A DNA stretch of 63,879 bases, counting the filler, from Phoronis australis (taxonomy: Eukaryota > Animalia > Phoronida), in NCBI GenBank assembly GCA_002633005.1. It is 8 parts of 8 records of this genome, joined end to end, with 100 filler letters (N's around TTAATTAATTAA, not from the genome) between each part and the next. Parts side by side here need not be neighbours in the genome. Positions count along the whole stretch, not along the records: positions 1 to 27,158 come from NMRA01000882.1; 7 more parts are not named here. One strand, 5' to 3'. Position 1 is the stretch's first letter; each line of letters opens with the position of its first letter. Of the stretch, positions 13,514 to 24,927 are shown piece by piece. A model generated the notes under the pieces. That model had not been told where the DNA came from, ran no database searches, and saw nothing but the letters and a program-made list of their open reading frames with translations. A program made the translations under genes and the position numbers.

Positions 13514-16368
13514 CTACAACAAGCATTAAAAGCGACTGACAAACTATGAATCTAATTACACCATTTCCATGTGTTTGGTGAACAACTCGTGTAAATGAAA
13601 ACGAGGTTGACCTAATTAAAGTCAAAATGTCAAAGAATATTATCAAAACTAAAACTGAGTTCAACATGAAGCAGATATGATATCAAACATTATATGATTA
13701 TTTTCATACACATTGTAAAAGCAAAAGGGAAATATTTTAGAAGATTGTAACAACATTTTTGAAATGTCGTGCTCAAGACTGATAGGAAATAAAATACGAT
13801 CATATTATGGCAACCGTGGTTTTCGTATCAACGCACCTTTCCTTCTTTCCTAAACCTTAATAACGATATGTTATATATAACTCAAATAATGAAAGCTAAC
13901 GGTGAAAAATCGAATTCAGCAGTTCCCTTAATGAAACCCTATATGTACATTAACAGGGTTGATGTCCACAGTTCTTAGACATTCTTGATAATGCGGAAAA
14001 TGGTCAACATGCAAAACCCAAAAACAAGCGTTGTGCAAGGCGAGCCAAACAGACGCGGTACAGGATGGAAGTATCAAGACATTAACACTTTTAAAACAGG
14101 GTTATGTAATACAATCACGTGACTCGTGTTCATGTCGCGGACAGGCGGGCGGTTGTTTGGAAACTTTCAGTTCGGTGTACCGTAACATAGGCGTCAATCC
14201 TCAGCAACTGAAGCACCATCAGGCACATTTTTTTTTCGATTGTGTGCCAAACAAAAAACACAGAGTTATCCATAGGCGTTCTGTTGACAAATGATGGACC
14301 GTCGGTTGACCAGACTGATGCTGCCATGGGTTTACAATATCGATTGTTGTCGCGTCAGAACGTTGGTTTGCATCTTAACAATACATGTACCTGAATCAAA
14401 TATCAAGCGAAGCTCGGTCTATACCCCGCCAACTGAATTCGGTCAACTTTTTGTCGCTGTGAGAATAGCCATCAGGAATCAATCTCTTGCGTTTCAGTAA
14501 TACACAACATGCACTCAGATATCAGCTGACATTTATTCGACCATCTGAGCATACACTGTATGCAGTAGATGTATTGAACACATTGCAATGAACATTACTC
14601 CTCAAGAGGAACAATCAGAACGAACATTTTTAAGAGCAGAAACATGTAAAGCATTGCAGATCAGTGGAATGCGACGAGTAACCAGGCACATGCTTCTATA
14701 TCTGCTGTTTGGAAATACGGACATTTTCCAACTGAGGTGGGTCATATATGCCTGGTGTTACATTTGCTAGCGCGGGTAGATATCCTGTGTATAAGTGGAT
14801 GCGTTTTTCTGTGTTTTGTAATTATTTAAATACCCTCAGATACAGTGCGATAAAGATATAAGAGAGATAAAGACACATGGGCCTGTTCTTAATTGTTTTA
14901 AGTTTGTATAAGGAAGCCAATCCAATCTTTACTGACATCACGATTATTGTCTCAACTGTACAAAATGCTTCGGATCTTTCTGACAATAGTCTGTTCCTAC
15001 GACAAGCTTAGTGTCTTTACATATAAGCAAGCCCCGTTAATAACCACCCACATGTCCATGTGCATTGTCAATATTATGTTGCGGCTTGCAATGGACATGT
15101 ATCAGTAAAAGAACCGTTATAACTCCAGAACCACTCCAAGCTGCTTTGTGTTGCCACCCTACGGGAAGTATAAAAAGCGGTCAATTACATGTACACAAGC
15201 ACTGTCTCAGCAACTTTAGGATTGCCATACTCAACAGGATCGCACAAAAGTAAATGAAGAGCGGTGCAGCAAGAATCAGGGAAAATTTTCCATTCATGTG
15301 TTTCACTTATATATGTATCCCTTATGCACTCCATTGTAAGTGCACGTATACATGTATTTCCTTTGGATTAGTGCTTGGTTGTAAGTGTCCATGTATTTTT
15401 GGGTCTAGGCTTTGCCGTAAACACGGGCTGATACCGTCAAGTGCGATCCCAGTCACTCTGGCCAACCTGTGGACGGAAATCATTAAACAAGACCAAACTT
15501 TTACTGATACTACATAACAAGAAGAGAGTACAACACTAGAATGCAGTTCGCAATTTTTGCAATTCACGTGTGTTAGCTCGGCATAGTCAAACCTTAGAGA
15601 GATTACCTTCAAAGGTAAACAATATCAATGCAAAAACAACGATTACACAAACTGGAGGATAAAATTGACATATTTGACGCTACTTACTGAAATATGTTTA
15701 ACGAAAGATTTTCAGCATTATCATGAAAGCATATACATTTGTGCCCGGTGGCAACACGTGCATCTCTGAATACTTTCAATTCAATAAATGCAAGTGGTAC
15801 TGACAACTTGTGTTAATTAAAGTGTATGCAAACGTAATATAAAGCATTGTGCCAGAAACCATTGATGCATCTCCATTGTAAAACGAATCAATGTTTAGGA
15901 AAGGTCAGTCATTCAGCAAAACGCGATTACACTGCCCAACATGAATTTTCTTAGTTTCCTGCAAATGATGTGAAGGGTGGAAGACGGCATTTGGTTACAA
16001 GACAATCAAGTGCAATGACAGAATACATCAAATTGGAAGACTAGGATTTTAAACGAGAACTAGACAAGTCTTATGCAGTCAGAGAAGAGAGTGGAGACGG
16101 GTATTAAACCGAAGTACCGGAAGAATCAGAAAATGAATTTGACTTCCAGTCAGCGAACTTTAATCGGCTTTGGTGCCGGCTCAGTCAACTTGCAGGAGAA
16201 ATGATGGACTCTTATGTGAGCCCCAATCAAATGAACGAAGGAATGGTCAACATTAACAAAACATACACTCAGTAATCACTGGCGAGGGTTACAGTAAACC
16301 CGAGTCACTTGTGGTTGTCACGATAGAATGAGCACGGCGAGGCTAAAAACAATCGGCCAAATCACAAC

Positions 16369-18592
16369 CAAGGTCCATATTCGGTGGCAACTTTTGGTGA
16401 AGAGTGAAAGTTGTCATGTAACTTTAAAAGCTGGATTGTTTTAAAGTACCGTCTTCCCAGGTTTGTATTCTAAAATATTTTGCACAAGAAACATCGAATA
16501 AAATTTCATGACCTAATGCATCACAGTTGTATAAAAGGGTACGTACACTACAACTTGCGGTCACAGCTCACTTCTATCATGCAACAATTCATAAGGTTGT
16601 GGTTAATTTAATACGTTCTTGATCAGATTGAGGAAGTATCACATATTAAAGTTGTTCAAGTTGTTCTAGACGATGATATATTGCATATCTTAACGCACTA
16701 TCATGAGAACTTCTTCTCTTGCAATGTGATTCTTACAAAAAGGAAATGGCAAGTAGCTCCTTTTTCAAAAACTTTATTGGTGCTATTTGCCTAGTTTTCA
16801 ACACATGCACCAGTTGGTCAAAATATCTAGGCAATGCTCGGCCCAGTTTTCAACTTGTAAACTGTAAAAAATGGTACTGTTGGAGGGGTACGTACACTGT
16901 GCAGTCAATCAACGAGAAATTTGACTAAGTTACAAATGTATGGGATGGTCTCGAGTTTTGTGCTGCATCTACATGTACTCGTTGGTTTGTTGCAAGTTGT
17001 CTTGAGAGGTAGAGAACCTTCCTCTGCAACATCAGTTGTCACGTGACGTGTCTTCTAGGCTGTTACTGGCTAGCCCCTGTGTGTCATTTTATTGCCAGCG
17101 AACATGTTAATGACCATTGTTTTTGTCATACTTGATGCATTTTGGAAATACCAGTATTCAGTTCATGAGAACTGCGGGTATGTAAAAATAATTGTGGGCA
17201 ATACTTTATAGCACAGTGGTTGAAGGTACGTACACTACACAGGCTTACGTGCGCTACACTTCAATGACTCGTAAGGTTAATAAAAAGTTCTTAGAATATA
17301 CTGAGAGTTTGTTCATTTACCAAATGTATTCAGAGAGAACAAATAAAAAGTACAGCATACACGTGCATTTCTGCCTGCCATTCTGTGATAACAGGAAAAT
17401 TTTAAAATATAAGGGTAGTTGCACTACATCAATCCTAATATTTCGCTCAAAACAAATGTATTTGTAATTAACACCCTTTGACCTGGCATTTTAATTGAGG
17501 AACCTGTCTGTGACAAGTGTTGCTTACTTACTGTGTAATGTGTATGCTTCATGGTATTTGTTCATATCGGGGTACGTACACTACATGTCAATGACATGTC
17601 AGGTTTGTAACGAAATACTAAGAATCTATTGAGAGATAGCTGATTTATTAAGTCAATTCAAAGAGGAAAAATAAAAAGCACACACATCTGCCATACTTTG
17701 AAAATCAAAATAATGGGGTATGTACGCTACCCAAATGCGAAAATTTTACTCCAAATAAATGTATTTGCAACAAACACCCATTCAACCTAACATTTGAAGG
17801 AAGGACACTGTGCATGATGAATGCTGCTCACTTACCAAGTGATATTTCAATGTCATGGCATTGGGGTACGTACACTACATGTACATCACTTTTTCTGCAT
17901 CACATCGTAACACAATGCTGTATGGCCATTTAGTTAACTTTGGTGATAATAAGCACCATGTTGTTATTTAAATGGCATTAATTTCATTTGCAATGACCAT
18001 TTGTGTTACTGAATTCCACATGGGGGTACGTACACTACATTCTTCTAGCCTTTTGGCCCATTTTCAGCATAGCAGAGCCCAGTCGATATCAAAACCTTTG
18101 GTTTGTTCAGATATTGAATAGTTTGCTGTGTTTCCTAGGCTAACATATTCTACAGTTCTTTTTAGTACACTGTGTGTCTTTAACCTTCTTTTCAGTAGGT
18201 GAGGGTTAAAAAACAAAATTGATAAATTGCGTAACGAGTACCTGTTTTATGATGAACCCTACCATTCCTCAAAGATTAATCACTACTTCCTCTGCAAGTC
18301 AATATGAAAGTGACTCAAATTGTCCCCAGCCGTATCAAAGCAATTGCTTACTTAATAACATACATTTCTTTTCTGCTGTTGACAGTTAAAAATTTTAATA
18401 TTTAAATGGGCCACTCGTAACGCAAAAAATGCATGAAATTCATAGACAAAAACATGCATACATTTCTTAAACATTGTCCGATTTTTTTATTTCCACAGCT
18501 ATACAACTCTTTGCATGAGACTCGGTTGGCATTTGGTGAGTGTCCAACAATTTTATTTTTTGTCGGTAACACAGTCTCGAATATGGGTCTTG
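16369..18592. mobile_element. Putative ~2.2-kb non-autonomous DNA transposon within the intronic module
   Basis: Imperfect terminal inverted repeats CAAGGTCCATATTCG / CGAATATGGGTCTTG (13/15) and repeated internal GGGTACGTACACTAC motifs. Truncated copies at ~1604, ~8370-10490 and ~23548-24775. Confidence 0.5.
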
Positions 18593-20743
18593 ATAATGAT
18601 TTACCCGAATACATACATGCAAGCCTAGTACATGTAGGTGGCTTAGCACTTCATCTAGACCGGGGTCGAGTGCCTGGCATCGAGTGCCCTAGAATGAAAG
18701 CAGTTAGCTTGTTATTGGTAAAATTTGATAGTACACTTGCAAGGAAGCGAGTCCTTTATCGTAACCCCACCAGTGTGCTTGGTCGAAGTGCAATTCCTTG
18801 AAATGTGTCGAACAAAGTATGGTTCCCGACTGAATCGCATGTTCCAAAATGACATTCCACACTCTCGTGCGGACGATAAACCGATGTCATTTCTGTTCAA
18901 CTTTCACGTTTTTTTTGAAATATGAAAATTCAGAGACGTTCTCAGTCAAGTTGCAGTTACTATAGCGTCCACTAACACACCTTTTAATATCTACAAAGGC
19001 AGTTCTCCGCCAACGTTCCTCCAAACTCAGTTTCGCACTGGTGAAAACTACAACGACTAACTGTCTTCCAGCCACTACGTACATTTACATGTACATGCAC
19101 AACAACAATCGAAATGTTTTGCTTGTTTCCTAGCAACAGCTATACTAAAGGCTACTAAATGCCTTCAGATGTATTAATAAAAATGTTTTTGAGACACAGG
19201 GTCTTGGTTGAAACTTATTATGGACAGTGATTAAGAGACTTAGGCTGTAACTGTGTATTGACACGAGATAACAGTCTCAAAGATATTTACTGCTCAATGA
19301 ACATGACGAAAACAGTGTTTGATAGTTTTGAATGGAGATTTCACCGTGCTCACAACGAAAACACAATTCACACAAGGCATCAAGAATTTGATGCTAGTTT
19401 TCAATCACATTGCCGAAGAAAATGATTGAATTATAATACAACATGTAACCACTAAGACGGTTGTCATTATATCAGGTCATTCACTTGAGGTTATAAAGTG
19501 TAACCCGAATAAATATTTTAAAAACAAACATTACTCAAAAGGCGATTGCTTGTTTCATATAATTACCAAAGGAGTTTTATAACTTCCTTCTTCTCCAAAG
19601 AATACATTCATTCTAAATATAATGGGAAGTGTCATGTTCAACCACTCAAAATCTCACAACTTGAAACCCCCAAACTGCACTTCTCACTGTATTGTTGAAG
19701 TTCCAGCAAACTCGTCAAAATCACTACGATTCATTTTCCGTTTAAACATATAATAAATGTTTTGAATTATGACTTTGTCTCATCCTTTTCGAAAATAAGA
19801 AATCATTTGTTCATTCGTTTAGGTTTTTATGTTTTGTAGAGTGTACACGCTGTTTTTGACGCGCTGTGTCTTGAATAATGTCGTGGTACCCGAAATAAGA
19901 TTGTCGTGTGAGGGGTGAACCAAACTTATTGGGTGGGTCCAGACTATAGTGTTTACGTAATTTTTACTTTTGTGGTGAAGATGCACAAGACCACGAATTG
20001 TGATTTAGTCTTGTCACTTTTATCTAAATTTCAACCGTCGCATCAACATTTTTTGAGACGGAAATTCACAAGTCGTGCAGTGTAGTACTTGATTATGATC
20101 AAACGATTGCAATTTCTAAAAAGACGATGAGATTCGACACTTTTACATGGGCGGCGCAGGACTGAAAAAAGTAGGGGCAAAAGGGCCCAGACCCTTGTGG
20201 TGCACCGCAAATAGACCATGGATGGCCCCACCTTAAAAAGTGGGAGCTACAACAACCCAGCCACCCATGGTGTGGCGCCCGTGAGAGAAGTTGAGAATGG
20301 GAATAGCTATTCAAAAGGAATATAGGAATATTTAGATAACCAAACATTCCATGCCGCCTGATGGTTTGATCGCAAAAACAAGGAACTCTTTCATGTACTC
20401 TGTCAGGATACATGTATATCGGCTAAGTATATGCGTACACTCTAGATTATACAGGTCTATATCGATAACTTGTGATCGATAGCTTTGCCTTGTAGCTAAA
20501 TCTCAAGTCAAGTCAGGATATATCTGATACCGAGATGATATATCGAATTGGACCGAGTTTGCTACGTATTACCGCACCATATTTTGATAGGACGCAAATT
20601 TGTGCCTAAACACGATTGACACGGAACAAATTGAAACCATTTCGACACCTGCTTGAGAAATAGAGTGAGTTGCACTAAATCAGTAACACTGGAGAAAGAC
20701 AGTGGTAACATACTTCAGAATTTGATTGGCACACTTATCTTAC

Positions 20744-20842
20744 CGTATTGACAATTGTGGCACCGGCACCCTTTTTTAGAAGGAGTTCAACAACATCTAG
20801 CTTGCCACCCATAGACGCGATGTGCAGGGGTGTGTCGCCTTG
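20744..20842 (-). CDS. Ankyrin-repeat exon F (99 nt): [33 protein letters not shown]
   Basis: Intact ankyrin consensus (GAD changed to GAG), TAG acceptor, GTAAGA donor. Confidence 0.88.
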
Positions 20843-21428
20843 CTACAACAAGCATTAAAAACGACTGACAAACTATAAAGATAATTACAGCATTTCCATG
20901 CGTTTGGTGAACAACTCGTGTAAATGAAAACGAGGTTGACCTAATTAAAGTCAAAATGTCAAAGAATATTATCAAAACTAAAACTGAGTTCAACATGAAG
21001 CAGATATGATATCAAACATTATATGATTATTTTCATACACATTGTAAAAGCAAAAGGGAAATATTTTAGAGGACTGTAACAACATTTTTGAAATCTCGTG
21101 CTCAAGATTGATAGGAAATAAAATCTGATCATATTATGGGAAACATGGTTTTGGTATCACCGCACCTTTCCTTCTTTCCTAATCCTTAGTAACGATATGT
21201 TCACGCGACTCAAATAATGAAAGATAAGTAAACGGTGAAAAATCAAATTCAGCAGTTCCCTTAATGAAACCCAAATGTGTGTGTAAACACGACAGGTACG
21301 GAACAAGTTGAAACCATTTTGACTCCTGCTTGAGAAGTAGAGCGAATTGCAATCCAGAGAAAGACTCTAATAACAGACCTCATCATTTGATTACATACTT
21401 CAGATTTTGATTGGCACACTTATCTTAC

Positions 21429-21527
21429 CGTATTGACAACTGTGGCATAGGCACCCTTTATTAGCAGGAGTTCAACAACATCTAGCTTGTCAAACATAGA
21501 CGCGATTTGCAGGGGCGTGTCGCCTTT
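21429..21527 (-). CDS. Ankyrin-repeat exon G (99 nt, framework-degenerate): KGDTPLQIASMFDKLDVVELLLIKGAYATVVNT
   Basis: Open frame and intact splice sites, but TPLH->TPLQ, G13D and GAD->GAY. Confidence 0.75.
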
Positions 21528-24500
21528 CTACAACGAGCATTAAAAGCGACTGACAAACCATAAACATAATTACACCATTTTTATGTGTTTGGTGAACGAC
21601 TCGTGTAAATGAAAACGAGCTGACCTAATTAAAGTCAAAATGTCAAAGAATATTATCAAAACTAAAACTGAGTTCAACATGAAGCAGATATGATATCAAA
21701 CATTATATGATTATTTGTATACACATTGTAAAAGCAACCATGGTTTTGGTATCAACGCACCTTTCCTTCTTTCCTAAACCTTAGTAACGATATGTCATAG
21801 AGTGTACATGACTCAAATAATGAAAGCTAAGTAAACGGTGAAAAATCAAATTCAGCAGTTCCCTTAATGAAACCCTATATGTACATTAACAGGGTTGATG
21901 TCCACAGTTTTTAGACATTCTTCATTATACGGAAAATGGTCAACATGCAAAACCCAAAAAACAAGCGTTGTGCACGGTGAGCCAAACAGACGCGGTACAG
22001 GATGGAAGTATCAAGACACTAACACTTTTAAAACAGTGTTATGTAATACAATCACGTGACTCGTGTTCATGTCGCGGACAGGCGGGCGGTTGTTTGGAAA
22101 CTTTCGGTACGGTGTACCGTAATATAGGCGTCATTCCTCAGCACCTGAAGCACCATCAGGCACAGTTTTTTTTCGATTGTGTGCCAAACAAAAACCACAG
22201 AGTTATCCATAGGCGTTCTGTTGACACCTGATGGACCGTCGGTTGACCAGAGTGATGCTGCCATGGGTTTACAATATCGATTGTTGTCGCGTCAGAACGT
22301 CGGTTTGCATCTTAACAATACATGTACCTGAATCAAATATCAAGCGAACTGAATCCGGTCAACTTTTTGTTGCAGTGAGAATAGTCATCAGGAATCAATC
22401 TCTTGCGTTTCAGTAATACACAACATGCACTCAGATTTCAACTGACATTTATTCGACCATCTGAGCATACACTGTATGCAGTATATTTTTTGAACACATT
22501 GCAATGAACATTACTCCTAAAGAGGAACAGTCCGAACGAACATTTGTAAGAGCAGAAACATGTAAACCATTGCAGATCAGTGGGATGCAACGCGTAACCA
22601 GGCACATGCTTCTATATCTGCTGATTGGAAAATACGGACATTTTCCAACTGAGGTGGGTCATATACATGCCTGGTGTTACAATTGCTGGCGCGGGTAGAT
22701 ATCCTGTGTATAAGTGGATGCGTTTTTCTTTTGGATTGCCATGATCAACAGGAACGCATAAAAGTAAATGAAGAGCGGTGCAGCAAGAATCAGGGAAAAT
22801 TTTCAATTCATGTGTTTCACTTATATATGTATACCTTATGCACTCCATTGTAAGTGCATGTATACATGTATTTCCTTTGGATTAGTGCATGGTTGTAAGT
22901 CTTCATGTACTTTTGGGTCTAGGCCTTGCCGTAAACACGGGCTGATACCGTCAAGTGAAATCCCAGTCACTCTGGCTAACGTGTGGACCGAAATCATTAA
23001 ACAAGACCAAACGTTTACTGATACTACATAACAAGAAGAGAGTACAACACTAGAATGCAGTTCGCTATTTTTGAAATTCACGTGTGTTAGCTCGGCATAG
23101 TCAAACCTTAGAGAGATTATCTTCAAAGGTAAAACAATATTAATGATGTGAAGGGTGGAAGACGGCTTTTGGTTACAAGACAATCAAGTGCAATGACAGA
23201 ATACATCAAATTGGACGATTAGGATTTTAAGCGAAAACTAGACAAGTCTTATGCAGTCAGAGAGGAGAGTTGAGACGGGTATTAAACCGAAGTACCGGAA
23301 GAATCAGAAAATGAATTTGACTTCCAGTCAGCGAACTTTAATCGGCTTTGGGGCCGGCTCGGCCAACTTGCAGGAGAAATGATGCAGTCATACGTGAGCC
23401 CCAATCAAATGAACCAAGGAATGGTCAACATTAACAAAACAGACACTCAGTAATCACTGACGAGGGTTAAAGTAAACCCGAGTCACTTGTGGTTGTCATG
23501 ATAGAATGAGCACGGCGAGGCTAAAAACAATCGGCCAAATCACAATCAAGGTCCATATTCGGTGGCAACTTTTGGTGAAGAGTGAAGGTTATCATATAAC
23601 TGTCAAAGCTCGGTTGTTTTAAAGTACCGTCTTCCCAGGTTTTTATTCTAAATAGTTTTGCACAAGAACCACCGAATAAAATTTCATAACCTAATGCATC
23701 ACAGTTGTAGAAAACGGTACGTACATTACAACTTGTGGTAACAGCTCACTTCTATCATGCAACAATACATAAGGTTGCGGTTAATTGAATGCGTTCTAGA
23801 TCAGATTCATCAAGTATCACATATTAAAGTTGTTCAAGTTGTTCTAGACGATGATACATTGCATATCTTAACACAGTATAATGAAAATTTCTTCTTTTGC
23901 AATGTGATTCTTACAAATAGAAAATGGCAAGTAGCTACTTCTTTCAAAAGCTTGATTGGTGGTATTTGCCCAGTTTGTAATACATTCACCAGTTAGTCAA
24001 AATATTTTAGCAATGCTCGGCCCCTTGTTCAACTTGTAAACAGTAAAAAATGGTACTGGTTGGGGAGTACGTACACTGCGCAGTCAATCAACGTGAAATT
24101 TGACTAAGTTACAAATGTATGGGATGGTCTCGAGTTTTGTGCTGCATCTACTAGTTTGTTTGTTGCAAGTTGTCTTGAGAGGTAGAGAACCTTCCTCTGT
24201 AACATCAGTTGTCACGTGACGTGTCTTCTAGGATGTTACTGGCTAACCCCTGTGTGTCATTGTATTGCCAGCGAACTTGATAATGTCCATTGCTTTTTGT
24301 CATACTGGATGCATTTTGGAAATACCAGTATTCAGTTCATGAGAACAGCGGGTATGTAAAAATACTTGTCGGCAATACTTTATAGCACAGGGGTTGAAGG
24401 TACATGTACGTACACTACACGGGTTTACGTACACTGCACTTCAATGACTTGTCAGGTTAATAAAAATTCCTTAGAATATACTGAAAGTTAGTTCATTTAC

Positions 24501-24828
24501 CAAATGTATTCAAGGAGAACAAATAAAAAGTACATCATACACGTGCATTTCTGTCTATCATTTTTTGAAAACAGGCACAAGTTAAAATATAAGGTTAGTT
24601 GCACTACATAAATGCTAATATTTCACTCAAAACAAATGTATTTGTAAGTAACACCCTTTAACCTATCTTTTTAATTGAGGAAGCTGTCTGTGACAAGTGT
24701 TGCTTACATACCGTATAATGTTTTTGCTTCATGTTGTTTGTTCACATCGGGGTACGTACACTACATGTCAATGACAGAGAAAGACACTAATGACAGACCT
24801 CGCAATTTGATTGACACTCTTATCTTAC

Positions 24829-24927
24829 CATATTAACAACCGTGGCATCGACGCCCTTTTCTAGAAGAAGTTCAACAACTGCTAGCTGGCCACGTGAAGA
24901 CGCTTCGTGTAGGGGTGTGTCGCCTTC
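24829..24927 (-). CDS. Ankyrin-repeat exon H (99 nt): EGDTPLHEASSRGQLAVVELLLEKGVDATVVNM
   Basis: Intact ankyrin consensus, TAG acceptor, GTAAGA donor. Confidence 0.9.
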
